Source: Nitrospirae bacterium JdFR-86
GTDB lineage: Bacteria; Nitrospirota; Thermodesulfovibrionia; Thermodesulfovibrionales; JdFR-86
Assembly: GCA_002011815.1 (NCBI GenBank)
Contig: MTOV01000017.1
Location: forward strand, 10,640-74,639
Length of the DNA: 64,000 nucleotides
Direction: 5' to 3'
The translations under genes were made by a program, and so were the position numbers. Positions 9,101 to 18,014 of the stretch are shown here, in pieces. The number at the start of each line of letters is the position of its first letter. The stretch's first letter is position 1. Below the pieces are notes generated by a model, which worked only from the letters and a program-made list of their open reading frames with translations, had not been told where the DNA came from and ran no database searches.

Positions 9101-10807
9101 CGGATAAGTGTTAAGCCCAAGAAGTCCCTGGACGCCAAAAAGACCAAGACCACTTTGTCCGAGTGGTATGGGAGTCGGGAGCTCAACACCTAAAGCCAGA
9201 TATAAGAATGGATACGGCGGCGTAGCGGTATTAATTCCAGCCAGCAATGATGCATCAAGCCCAAAGCCAAGTTGAGGAAGAGCCAGTAGCATATCACCAC
9301 TGAACCCTCTCTTGCTTTCTTCCTTGATGATACGTCCACCGCCTTTAATGATGACGGTCTCTGCAATATCTGCTTCAAGGTATATTCCATCCAGTGACAG
9401 CGTTGGAGTGACAGGGGCTGACGACCCAAATGTTGCAGGATCAAACGAGAGCTTCAGACCAATGAGAGTCGCACCGGGCAAACCATCCACAAGTTTAACC
9501 TTCCCGTCCAGCCCTATCCAGAATTCATCGCCAAACCCAATCCCTACTTTATAGAGAGAAACTGAAAAACCGATTAAGTCTGCTGCCAGTTCCGGTTGAA
9601 AAACAATCCACCCTGCATCAAGAGTAACTTTTCCGTCAGTACTGACCTTCAAACCTTCAACCCGAATGGTAAAATCCGGTATTGATAAGTCACCGGATGG
9701 TAACGCGGGTTTCAAATCGCCTGTAAATGTAAGTTCGGCACGGTCCTCTTTTATCGTGATTCCCAGTGCATCAACCAAAAGCCTGGCAACTCCTTCCTTT
9801 TCCAACTCTAGTGCGCCGCCTTCTGCTGCTTCCATGCCAAGCTTCAAGGCTTGATTTGCATCGAAACCAATGGTAAGGACAGGCCGTCCTTTGTCGAAGA
9901 AAGGCAGTGCAGCCTCTGCACGAAGCTCGAAGCCGACCGGAAGATTTTCTTCGAAGCGCACACTTGCCAACCGTATACCGATTGGAATACCAGCAAGGTC
10001 GGCACTGCCTGCACCAACGAACCGCCCTTCAGCTTCGTCCCAGGAAGGTTTAAGTTCAGCTTTTACACTCCCTGAAAAACCATTCCGACCAATCATTGCG
10101 TTTTCCAGGCTTAGTCTGACAGGGTCATCGCCCCCCAGGTCTGGCGGCAGAATTAGTGTTGCTTTTTCGAGCAATAACCGGAACGTCTTTAAATCACCAT
10201 CGGACTCTAGTTTTAAAGTTCCTGGCTCCAGCTTCATCCCCGTGTCTGCGATGTCCCATGGTGTATTTTTAGCCAAAAGACGAAGTCCTTCGTCACCAAG
10301 AGGTGCCAGCTCGACTCTGCCATTAAAATCAGCAGTTAGCCGACCAATACCGGAAATTTCAATTTCAGCCGGCAGTACTGAATCAGAATCGCCATCCTCC
10401 TGTCTTCCTTTAAGAAGGGAGCCCGGCATCCTGACAACTAACGTTGGGCCCTCAAGAATCAAACTGGCATTTTCTGCAATATTCAGAGATGCGGTACAAA
10501 AATCCGCGAAAAGGACCTCGAATTCCTCTAGCCCGGGGAATTCAATGCGAGGTTCATAACCAGGCAATGGACCGAATCTTGCGTGAAGACATATTCCACC
10601 GGCAATCCTGTCTATACGGTAATCAGAAATACCTACCATATCCCAGAATGCAGGCTCGGTGGTTATCGAAGGGTCTGTTTCTGCAAGCAATTCAGTCAAG
10701 AAGTCAGGCATTGCGACACCTAACTCTTGAAAGCAATTGCTTAACTCTGTTTTCGCAAAGGCTCTAAGTGAGATAATATTATTTTCTTCTACTTGCTCTT
10801 CCCACAT
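6155..10807 (-). CDS. Giant hypothetical protein (1550 aa), first gene of the giant-ORF operon
   Basis: ORF track. This is the first ATG after an in-frame TAA three codons upstream. There is no Shine-Dalgarno (upstream reads CCTCCTTTAATGGTCA), so Met33 (ATG 10711, preceded by AGGTG) is a possible alternative start. No signal peptide. Gly/Leu/Pro-rich hydrophobic core (GLGLFGVQGLLGLN, LVLALPGPLILIEG). No family recognised. Confidence 0.8.
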   Translation of the reverse strand: MWEEQVEENNIISLRAFAKTELSNCFQELGVAMPDFLTELLAETDPSITTEPAFWDMVGISDYRIDRIAGGICLHARFGPLPGYEPRIEFPGLEEFEVLFADFCTASLNIAENASLILEGPTLVVRMPGSLLKGRQEDGDSDSVLPAEIEISGIGRLTADFNGRVELAPLGDEGLRLLAKNTPWDIADTGMKLEPGTLKLESDGDLKTFRLLLEKATLILPPDLGGDDPVRLSLENAMIGRNGFSGSVKAELKPSWDEAEGRFVGAGSADLAGIPIGIRLASVRFEENLPVGFELRAEAALPFFDKGRPVLTIGFDANQALKLGMEAAEGGALELEKEGVARLLVDALGITIKEDRAELTFTGDLKPALPSGDLSIPDFTIRVEGLKVSTDGKVTLDAGWIVFQPELAADLIGFSVSLYKVGIGFGDEFWIGLDGKVKLVDGLPGATLIGLKLSFDPATFGSSAPVTPTLSLDGIYLEADIAETVIIKGGGRIIKEESKRGFSGDMLLALPQLGFGLDASLLAGINTATPPYPFLYLALGVELPTPIPLGQSGLGLFGVQGLLGLNTYPNFEGGEDKSWYYDWYKAPPVSGVTHSSKWTDKYLGFALGAGVTLCTTDGFTVLTRSLLVLALPGPLILIEGRAAFLTSRTALSDNPPLRALMVLDLRSDSRSIQLFIEAQYEFVEGILFAHGILDVFSELKRNPNWHIYLGRREPKSKRIQAEVLKKFLRGDAYFQIHPPGIDFGGSVGYKIPTKKIGPVKVGLDACAVFDGQLSFDPSQLTASLELWGRLIARAFGIGFDFSVNAAIAAKAPTPWWLRLYFALKLNLPWPLPDPEIEIEQLYEEDLPPAFPPVLTQVQALSATSQKTWDFRNGSHIEGIPVDAKLCLSLAHRAINESNAGIGGLEAGLNYAHKVGEYIFEYKISNISLVRENDGQALPVYGVWQVNPKMRRDATDGTIVLFSKSSFVYSRWLLGTGVVREVAQTTDVRPGNDGCVAQTSCITFGEHIEQPEVLPHCFERDGVSFLVWQPAVAVEIPIGSETSFPLFEGLNVISAFGIDFDYSDKKGQFKESPKGKLQTIFLEIRWSYPVIIKTLEAKAERILAGYRDSITDFVPEKTFAVDRLYLVGHTINLKKICYVSYEDAQMEMIANINSQAGDKLIRQLAGLFYWEDEEFVFEPNTTYRLTVQVDKASTPDNSGASSGSASEQHSVTFTTRGTPDNLEPYIRPPWPLLQEHSLPEGETARLQVSAPEGFHTAYADGTLIPVYRSAPVYFFFNVNYIRKMYELVAEEELEVVFLDPAGNEIEGRVTEWMKARDRVDLENTALFLEAVNRSLSNPIDVSALPKDDVLVSQPASAAGSEEENPIGWLLPGVVHRVQIRRKSGTQAQGQILYETRIRSSKFASWEAMFDTINRQIPVIDVSMFGNADFSTLTSLDDAAALPLVSTPLPANVVAYIVRDSDRNLDVVVLELPEPLPRQGFQIYWLDADGNTLNTGSVLSRSDHTRWAWVTRSASAIAALKVIWSRPGALQGEPDVVQKSLIISVEVTGEQS

Positions 10808-10911
10808 TGACCATTAAAGGAGGGCTCATGAAAAAAATATACCGCGCCATCGTAACCTGCCTGGAAATGATTCTGTTTCAAAAATGTCGAGTACGGCTTA
10901 TATCGGACAGG

Positions 10912-10940
10912 AGTATACCACCAACCCGTGGTAGTGTCAA
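10912..10940 (-). promoter_or_regulatory. Near-consensus sigma70-type promoter for the giant-ORF operon
   Basis: Minus strand reads TTGACA (10940-10935), a 17-nt spacer, then TATACT (10917-10912). This predicts a leader of roughly 100 nt before the ATG at 10807. Confidence 0.5.
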
Positions 10941-11054
10941 GAATCTCTGCACACTTTCTGTTTTACAATTTTACATTTGACTTAGTTCAATAAAAGCACT
11001 GCAATTAAGATATGGAACACGATTAACACTTTGCCTTTGAGTCATATTTACCTT

Positions 11055-12119
11055 TCAGGCACATTCTTTCAATACCATCCCTGCAATGGCTTCCAGTGGA
11101 ACTACCTTATCAACAGCACCCAGCTTGATTGCCTCTTTAGGCATGCCAAAAACCACGCAGGAGTCTTCATCCTGCGCAATAGTGCTTGCACCTGTCTCTT
11201 TCATTTCCAGCATACCTCTTGCGCCATCGTCCCCCATTCCAGTCATTATCACACCAACGGCATTCCTGCCGGCATAACGCGCTGCCGAACGAAACAGCAC
11301 ATCCACCGACGGACGTTGACGACAAACAAGAGGACCATCCTTTATCTCTACATAATAACGAGCACCACTGCGCTTAAGCAGTGTGTGACGGTTGCCAGGC
11401 GCTATCAATGCACGACCCCGGATTACACTGTCGCCGTCCTCCGCCTCTTTGACAGACACACGGCAAAGACTATCAAGCCTTCTTGCAAACGCACTTGTAA
11501 ACCGCTCAGGCATGTGCTGCACTATGACCATTCCCGGAGCATCAAGCGGCAAAGCCTCAAGAAAAACACGAAGAGCCTCTGTGCCACCTGTAGATGCACC
11601 AACTACAACAACTTTTTCCGTGGTCTGCACCATCGCCTTCCTGGGCTTCGCTATCACCGCATCAGCGGTCAGCTTCGGCGATACTTTCAGAATATCCGGT
11701 TGAATGCGCCTGAGCTTCGCTACAGAAGCCGCTTTCACAGCATCGCATATGCGCACCTTCGACTCCTCTAAAAACTGCTTTGCACCCAAACGCGGCTTCT
11801 GAATAATCTCAACCGCGCCGTATTCCAGAGCCTTAAGCGCAGTCTCCGAGCCCCTCTCCGTCAGGCTCGAACATATAACCACAGGGATAGGATGCTGCGT
11901 CATAATCTTATGCAAAAAAGTAATGCCGTCCATCCTCGGCATCTCAACATCAAGCATGATAACGTCAGGGACTTCATCCCGCATCTTCTCAGCGGCAATG
12001 AACGGGTCTGCAGCCGTTGCCATCACCTCGATGCCAGCATCAGATGAAAGAATCTCTGCAAGTGTCTGGCGTGCGACCGCAGAGTCATCAACAACAAGCA
12101 CCTTTACCTTTCCCTTCAT
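11055..12119 (-). CDS. cheB: Chemotaxis response regulator protein-glutamate methylesterase CheB
   Basis: N-terminal receiver ([27 protein letters not shown]). C-terminal methylesterase with Ser/His/Asp motifs ([21 protein letters not shown]). Start set to ATG 12119, which has GAGGAG 6 nt upstream. The track start 12155 is a GTG. Confidence 0.9.
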   Translation of the reverse strand: MKGKVKVLVVDDSAVARQTLAEILSSDAGIEVMATAADPFIAAEKMRDEVPDVIMLDVEMPRMDGITFLHKIMTQHPIPVVICSSLTERGSETALKALEYGAVEIIQKPRLGAKQFLEESKVRICDAVKAASVAKLRRIQPDILKVSPKLTADAVIAKPRKAMVQTTEKVVVVGASTGGTEALRVFLEALPLDAPGMVIVQHMPERFTSAFARRLDSLCRVSVKEAEDGDSVIRGRALIAPGNRHTLLKRSGARYYVEIKDGPLVCRQRPSVDVLFRSAARYAGRNAVGVIMTGMGDDGARGMLEMKETGASTIAQDEDSCVVFGMPKEAIKLGAVDKVVPLEAIAGMVLKECA

Positions 12120-12161
12120 CAAAAACTCCTCATGGAAGACTCCATTTTCTATCACCCGCCT

Positions 12162-12671
12162 TTAGTCATTTATCCTCTTAAGGCGCTTTAAAAAAACCTC
12201 GCCTGTCTGCGTGTTGAAAAATATCTTTCTGCCAGCTACACCACCAACATCAGAGGTGAGCAAATGGAGCCCCTCACTCCTGATAACACTAAGAGCCGCC
12301 TTTATGTTTTGCTTGCCGATATTAGCGCTTTTCCTGTCAACGCCTTTCAGGGCGAATACATCAGCGCCGCCAAATACCTTAACCTCTATCTCATTGCGCT
12401 TACTGCCAGACATAATAAATTCCTCAACCATACTCCTGACTGAACAGCCCACATACTTAAACTCTTCAGTGCAATTATCATCACATTTCTTCTTGTCCCT
12501 ACACCTGGGAAGAAGCCCATGACAGATTGCACCGATTCCAAGACGCCGGTTAAACATGGTAACCGATATACAGGAGCCGAGCACCGTAGTCACTATAGTT
12601 GGCCTCCTCGCAATATACAGTTCACCCGGCTTGAGATAAACAACCGGAAGTTTTGCCTCTGACAAATTCAT
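12162..12671 (-). CDS. cheD: Chemoreceptor glutamine deamidase CheD
   Basis: CheD signature LGSCISVTMF...GAICHGLLP. The ATG overlaps the cheR stop by 4 nt (ATGA). Confidence 0.85.
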   Translation of the reverse strand: MNLSEAKLPVVYLKPGELYIARRPTIVTTVLGSCISVTMFNRRLGIGAICHGLLPRCRDKKKCDDNCTEEFKYVGCSVRSMVEEFIMSGSKRNEIEVKVFGGADVFALKGVDRKSANIGKQNIKAALSVIRSEGLHLLTSDVGGVAGRKIFFNTQTGEVFLKRLKRIND

Positions 12672-13561
12672 AACGATTTCCTGTAAACCGTGGTAAATAC
12701 AGGAACCAAAGGCACATTCAAACCACTTAATGTCTCGGAATGCCCCATAAAGATATATCCGCCGTCACGCAAATGCCTGCAAAGACGGTTAAGTATTATT
12801 TCCTGTGTCGGTCTGTCAAAATAAATGATGACATTGCGGCAGAATATGATATCCATCTGCTCACGGATTCCAAAGTTCTTATCCATGAAGTTCAGTCTTT
12901 TGAACTCCACCCGTTTTCTAAGCGCAGGGGCAACCCTTACAAGTCCTTTACTCCTGTCCTTGCTCCTTAAAAGATATTTCCTTTTCAATGCCAGGGGAAT
13001 CGGCTCAACCCTGTCTTCGCTGTAAATTCCAAGTCTTGCTTCTTCAAGTGCCTTTGTGGAAATGTCTGTGGCAAGAATTGAATACTGAAACTTCCTGTAG
13101 TTTTCGCCAAACTCGCTCAAGACCATTGCCAGAGTGTAAGGCTCTTCCCCGGTCGAACACCCTGCACTCCATAACATAAGCCTCCTGCTAATGCCTGCAC
13201 CTAAACTGCCGACCAGCTCCGGCAAAACCGTCTGCACCAGATAATCAAAATGCTTAGACTCGCGGAAGAAATCAGTCTTGTTCGTGGTGACCACATCGAT
13301 CATATGGACTATCTCGTTTTTCATGCCTTCAGGACTGAACACGTAATCGCAATACTCCCTGAAAGACTTCATCTTAAGGACATTAAGTCTTTTTCTGATG
13401 CGTGCCTCAAGCATCGACTTCTTAGTCCGCGGCAACTTTATACCGCATTCACTATGAATAAACTTGCTCAGACGCCGGAAGTCCCTGTCAGACATCGCTG
13501 TGTGCACATCCTTATTCACACGAACGTCATCCATAAATCTATTCCTTCCAGTTTGATGCAT
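12668..13561 (-). CDS. cheR: Chemotaxis protein methyltransferase CheR
   Basis: N-terminal CheR helical domain (FRRLSKFIHSECGIKL). SAM-binding fold (LWSAGCSTGEEPYTLAM, IFCRNVIIYFD). Start uncertain: Met10 (ATG 13534) has the better Shine-Dalgarno (GGAAGGA). Confidence 0.85.
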   Translation of the reverse strand: MHQTGRNRFMDDVRVNKDVHTAMSDRDFRRLSKFIHSECGIKLPRTKKSMLEARIRKRLNVLKMKSFREYCDYVFSPEGMKNEIVHMIDVVTTNKTDFFRESKHFDYLVQTVLPELVGSLGAGISRRLMLWSAGCSTGEEPYTLAMVLSEFGENYRKFQYSILATDISTKALEEARLGIYSEDRVEPIPLALKRKYLLRSKDRSKGLVRVAPALRKRVEFKRLNFMDKNFGIREQMDIIFCRNVIIYFDRPTQEIILNRLCRHLRDGGYIFMGHSETLSGLNVPLVPVFTTVYRKSL

Positions 13562-13588
13562 TGATGTCTGCTGTGTCTTAGTGTCAGG

Positions 13589-14101
13589 TCATGCCGCTGT
13601 CTCCTCCAGCTGGACGTCCTCAGCAGTGTCACCTGCAATGGCAAGCTCTTCTGAGGAAAACACCTTGTCTATGTCAAGGATTATGATGAAATGGTCATCA
13701 CGTTTTCCCATCCCTTTGATGAATTCAGTCTTCAGGCGAGTGCCTATTCTTGGCGGAGGCTCTATCTGTTCTGGCTCAAGCTCAAACACTTCCTGCACGG
13801 AATCCGCAAGTGCACCAAGCACTGTGACCTCGTCGTCAAGGGTCACCTCAACGATGATTATGCAGGTATCTACAGTCTGCTCTGTCCTGGACATTCCCAG
13901 CTTGAGCCTCATGTCCACTACCGGCACGACTCCGCCTCTCAGATTAATAACCCCGCGCATAAAATCCGGAGTGCGTGGCACTTTCGTTATAGTCGTGAAA
14001 TCAAGCACCTCACGAACTTTCGATATGTCCAGCGCAAAGACTTCCTCTGCAAGTTTGAATGTAAGGTATTGTCTTGTCTCGGTTATACCTGCCACACTCA
14101 T
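13589..14101 (-). CDS. cheW: Chemotaxis coupling protein CheW
   Basis: Single CheW-like domain (QYLTFKLAEEVFALDISKVREV, INLRGGVVPVVDMR). AAGGAG Shine-Dalgarno upstream. Confidence 0.85.
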   Translation of the reverse strand: MSVAGITETRQYLTFKLAEEVFALDISKVREVLDFTTITKVPRTPDFMRGVINLRGGVVPVVDMRLKLGMSRTEQTVDTCIIIVEVTLDDEVTVLGALADSVQEVFELEPEQIEPPPRIGTRLKTEFIKGMGKRDDHFIIILDIDKVFSSEELAIAGDTAEDVQLEETAA

Positions 14102-14121
14102 ACAGGCTTCTCCTTTCCTGT

Positions 14122-15810
14122 TTAAAACTTTTCAAACTCGCTGTCGAGCTTATCACCATCGCCATCACTCATATCCAGTGCAATTCCAGCAGGCTTCCCT
14201 GCCACAGATTTAGCTGAAACCGCTACGGCGGCTTTGCCGTCTTCTTTTTTCAGATGGGCTATCTTTGTCCTGTTGAGTTTTGCAGAAGCAGTCGCCCCTG
14301 CCGGCTTGGCGGCTTTGCCGTTTTCAGCATCGTCTGTCTTGAAAAATGCAATAGCACTCTGCAGTTGCTCTGCCTGTGAGGAAAGCTCCTGAGCAGTGGA
14401 TGCCATCTCCTCAGCCGCACTTGCATTCTGCTGTGTCACCTGATCAAGCTGTTGTATTGCCTTATTAATCTGCTCTGCACCTGCATATTGTTCATTGCTT
14501 GCAGCACTTATCTCCTGGACAAGCTCTGCTGTCTTCTGGATATCAGGCACTATCTTTGCGAGCATCTCGCCTGCCCTTTCAGCCACTGCAACACTTGAAG
14601 AGGAAAGCTGTCTGATTTCACCAGCCGCTGTCTGACTCCGCTCGGCAAGCTTGCGGACTTCAGAGGCAACAACCGCAAAGCCCTTTCCGTGCTCTCCTGC
14701 CCTTGCCGCCTCTATCGCTGCATTCAACGCCAAAAGATTCGTCTGACGCGCTATCTCCTCAATAATGGATATCTTCCCTGCAATCTCCTTCATTGCAGCG
14801 ACGGTCTCGGCTACTGCCTTTCCGCCTTCTTTTGCATCTTCAGCAGCCTTTATGGCAATCTTTTCTGTCTGCTGGGCATTGTCTGAATTCTGCCTTATGT
14901 TGACTACCATCTCCTCCATCGCAGAGGCAGCCTCTTCTGTAGCAGCAGCCTGCTCAGTAGCCCCCTGAGACATCTGCTCAGAAGTCGCACTTAATTGCTG
15001 GCTTTCGGATGCAACATTGTCTGCCGTTAATTTTGCGTCGTTTACAACATCACGAAGCTTTTCAAGCATCAAGGCAATAGACTGTCCCAGAATGTCCTTA
15101 TCTGAAAGAATCTTTACACTGGCACGCAGGTCTCCTTTTGCAATCTGCTCTGCAACCATCGCCGTATCCTGCAGACTCTTGACAACCTTGTTCACACTGT
15201 CTATGATCCTGGCAATCCCATCATCACGCTCAGCAACCAGATGTATTGAGAGGTCTCCAAGGCTGAGCCTTTCAAGATTCTCCACAAGCATTGCCACCTG
15301 TTTTTCGAGGTACGCTCTTTGCTCATCAGCCTCTTTCTGCAGTCTTTTAACCTCTGAAATATCTATAATCACTTCTATACCGCCATAGACATTGCCTTCA
15401 TCGTCAATAAGTGGTGAACATGCAGCCTGTATAGGAAATTTTTTGCCGTACCTTGTCTCCGCCACTGTCTCTCCGATAATCACTTCACGGCTGCGCATGC
15501 AGTTCTTGAGCGTACAGTTTGCCGTGCCGCAAAGCGGGGTCTTTGACAGGTCAGCACATGTCATCTTCCCGACGACCTCATCACGGCTATAACCCATGGC
15601 TTTCAACGCAGCATCGTTGATAAAGGTAATCACCAGGTCCCTATCAACCGTAAACATAGGTGCAGCAATAGAGGCGACAATATTCTCACACTGCCTGCGC
15701 TGTGCCTGTACCTCGCTGAGCTGTCTCTCAAGCTCTTTAATACGGCTGTGCAGCTTTCCGTTACCCTTGTTTCGTCTGGAAGACTTAGATGTTTTGGCAG
15801 ACTTAGCCAT
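14122..15810 (-). CDS. Soluble methyl-accepting chemotaxis protein with a PAS sensor carrying a four-Cys cluster
   Basis: No transmembrane segment. PAS-like region at about aa 45-160 containing C85, C94, C99 and C104. HAMP-like linker. MA signalling tip [46 protein letters not shown] Shine-Dalgarno. Confidence 0.85.
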   Translation of the reverse strand: MAKSAKTSKSSRRNKGNGKLHSRIKELERQLSEVQAQRRQCENIVASIAAPMFTVDRDLVITFINDAALKAMGYSRDEVVGKMTCADLSKTPLCGTANCTLKNCMRSREVIIGETVAETRYGKKFPIQAACSPLIDDEGNVYGGIEVIIDISEVKRLQKEADEQRAYLEKQVAMLVENLERLSLGDLSIHLVAERDDGIARIIDSVNKVVKSLQDTAMVAEQIAKGDLRASVKILSDKDILGQSIALMLEKLRDVVNDAKLTADNVASESQQLSATSEQMSQGATEQAAATEEAASAMEEMVVNIRQNSDNAQQTEKIAIKAAEDAKEGGKAVAETVAAMKEIAGKISIIEEIARQTNLLALNAAIEAARAGEHGKGFAVVASEVRKLAERSQTAAGEIRQLSSSSVAVAERAGEMLAKIVPDIQKTAELVQEISAASNEQYAGAEQINKAIQQLDQVTQQNASAAEEMASTAQELSSQAEQLQSAIAFFKTDDAENGKAAKPAGATASAKLNRTKIAHLKKEDGKAAVAVSAKSVAGKPAGIALDMSDGDGDKLDSEFEKF

Positions 15811-15890
15811 TTTCCACCCTCCTGCTTTAAGGTTTACATTTTCTCACTTCTACCCCAGTCCTTTCTGTTACTGGAAGCATTTCTCCCCTC

Positions 15891-18011
15891 TCAGTTATGT
15901 TTTAAAAACAATGCCTCTTCTTCTCTCTCCACACCCTGCACCAGCTGATGGACATCCAGTATCAAAGCCACTGTGCCATCACCCAGTATGGTTGCACCTG
16001 AGATTCCCTCCACTGCTCTGTAAAACCTGCCGAGTGATTTAATCACCGTCTGGTGCTCGCCAATCACATTGTCTACTACAAAACCTACCCTGCTGCCGTC
16101 CGTCCTTGTAATAACCACCTGTTCTATGTCAGGCATCTGCCCCCCGATACGGAAATACTCTCTCAGACGGACATAGGGGATTAGCTCACCCCTGACATTC
16201 GCAATATGCCTGCCATGAGCTTTAGCCACATCCTCGCGTGTCAGTTCCACACACTCCTCTACGACTGAAAGAGGCATGATGAAATACTCTTGTCCTATTC
16301 TCACCAAGAGCCCTTCGATTATCGCCAGTGTAAGCGGCAGCTTAAGCGTAATCGTTGTGCCCACACCCTTCTTACTGCTTATTCCAATAGAGCCCCGAAG
16401 AGTCTCGATACTTTTCTTTACAACGTCCATTCCTACTCCACGCCCGGATACGTTTGTAACCTCTTCTGCAGTCGAAAACCCGGGGACGAGAATCAGGGAA
16501 AAGATGTCTTTTTCAGACAGCTCTGCATCCGGTGCTATCAGCCCTCTCTCCAGTGCCTTTGCCCTGATGGCTTCAGCATCCAGGCCTGCTCCATCATCCC
16601 TTATCTCTATCAATACGCTTGCACCGGAATGCACTGCTGAAAGATGCACCGTCCCTTTTCTCGGCTTGCCTCTGGCTTCTCTGACATCCGGCGGCTCTAT
16701 TCCATGGTCTATACTGTTGCGAATAAGATGAACAAGCGGGTCGTTAAGCCGCTCGATTACGGTCTTGTCGAGCTCTGTCTCTGCACCCTCGGTTGTAAGC
16801 TCAACCTCTTTACCAAGTTCCCTTGAAAGATCCCTGACCAAACGCCTGAACTTGCTGAACGTTGTGCCTATCGGCACCATCCGAATGCTCATTGCATTGT
16901 CACGAAGCTCTTCGGTCAGGCGCTCCACTTCCTCGGAAATGGAAAGCAGCTCTGGAATGCCACGCTTAAGAACAGTCTGACTCAGACGCGCCTGCACTGT
17001 AACCAGCTCGCCTACAAGGTCAACCAGCGTGTCAAGCTTTTCAGCAGGCACACGGATGCTCGAAGCCGACTCTACAGCCTTACGCTCTTTCCGTTTCTGT
17101 ATGACATGCTCCTGTTCAACAAGTGCAGACTTGACCTTTACCTCGTCAACCACTCCGGCATCAACCAGCATTTCACCAACACGCTTCTGAGCACTTAATA
17201 CCTTCTCTAAATCCTCTGGTGTTAAGTCCCCACGCTCAATCAATATCTCACCAAGCTTTTTGTAACCTGCCTCTACATCAAAATCCCCGCCTTCGTCAAT
17301 AACTTCAATCTTAAGCTCGCTGTCATCTTCAACAAAAATAAACACATCCTTTATGGCATTAATCCCCTGATTGGTGGTCAAAATCACATCCCAGTACGTG
17401 TAGCACGCCTCAGGGTCAAAGTCATTCAGCACAGGTATTGCATCCGTATGCGCCACAACCTTGCAGTCACCAAGCCGGCAAAGCTCCTCAAGCAAATAAA
17501 CCGGGTTCGTCCCCCTCATGAAAATATCCTGCGCAGAACGAAAACGAATACGGTAAGTAACACTCTTTTCTGAAACATCAGAAACCGGAATGCCCTTTCT
17601 GGAGACCGGAACATCAGGCTTTTCTCCAGCCTCAGGCACAAACTTTCTGAATGACTCAACTATCTCGACAGTCCTGCTACTGTTTACTGCTTCACCGCCA
17701 TCTGCACTGTCCAACATTGCACGAATCTGGTCACGGGCAACCAGCGTAAGGTCTATAAGCTCCTTGGTGACCTTAACCCCTCCATTACGCACAAGGTCAA
17801 AAACTGTCTCCACCTCGTGCGCAAACGCAGCAATATCATCAAAACCAAACATCGAACCTGAACCCTTGATGGTATGAAGTGCACGGAAAACACGCCCTAT
17901 AAGCTCTGCATCTTCCGGAGCATCCTCAAGCTCAAGAAGAGCGCTCTCAAGCTCACCAAGCAGCTCATAGGCTTCCTCTTTAAAAATCTCTTTATGTTTG
18001 TCCACGTTCAT
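15891..18011 (-). CDS. cheA: Chemotaxis histidine kinase CheA
   Basis: Hpt domain (ALHTIKGSGSMFG). Kinase core (NSIDHGIE, DDGAGLD, GRGVGMDVV). C-terminal CheW-like domain. Confidence 0.9.
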   Translation of the reverse strand: MNVDKHKEIFKEEAYELLGELESALLELEDAPEDAELIGRVFRALHTIKGSGSMFGFDDIAAFAHEVETVFDLVRNGGVKVTKELIDLTLVARDQIRAMLDSADGGEAVNSSRTVEIVESFRKFVPEAGEKPDVPVSRKGIPVSDVSEKSVTYRIRFRSAQDIFMRGTNPVYLLEELCRLGDCKVVAHTDAIPVLNDFDPEACYTYWDVILTTNQGINAIKDVFIFVEDDSELKIEVIDEGGDFDVEAGYKKLGEILIERGDLTPEDLEKVLSAQKRVGEMLVDAGVVDEVKVKSALVEQEHVIQKRKERKAVESASSIRVPAEKLDTLVDLVGELVTVQARLSQTVLKRGIPELLSISEEVERLTEELRDNAMSIRMVPIGTTFSKFRRLVRDLSRELGKEVELTTEGAETELDKTVIERLNDPLVHLIRNSIDHGIEPPDVREARGKPRKGTVHLSAVHSGASVLIEIRDDGAGLDAEAIRAKALERGLIAPDAELSEKDIFSLILVPGFSTAEEVTNVSGRGVGMDVVKKSIETLRGSIGISSKKGVGTTITLKLPLTLAIIEGLLVRIGQEYFIMPLSVVEECVELTREDVAKAHGRHIANVRGELIPYVRLREYFRIGGQMPDIEQVVITRTDGSRVGFVVDNVIGEHQTVIKSLGRFYRAVEGISGATILGDGTVALILDVHQLVQGVEREEEALFLKHN

Positions 18012-18014
18012 CTT

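Noticed and set aside
9870-10559. Long antisense ORFs opposite real genes. Examples: 9870-10559 (229 aa), 11031-11771 (246 aa), 13581-14213 (210 aa), 18603-19226 (207 aa), 35369-36235 (288 aa), 49167-49652 (161 aa).
   Set aside because: All lie fully inside much longer, motif-bearing genes on the other strand. They have Ser/Pro/Thr/Arg-rich low-complexity translations typical of shadow frames, lack Shine-Dalgarno sites, and match no family. I treated them as non-coding.
1-10807. The giant ORFs as the baseplate/tail-fibre end of an extracellular contractile injection system or prophage tail.
   Set aside because: No sheath, tube, spike, PAAR, gp25 or AAA+ genes precede them. Instead the operon begins with its own promoter right after cheB, and I see no baseplate-J-type motif. 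This is kept only as a hypothesis to test by profile or structure search and by looking beyond the left edge.
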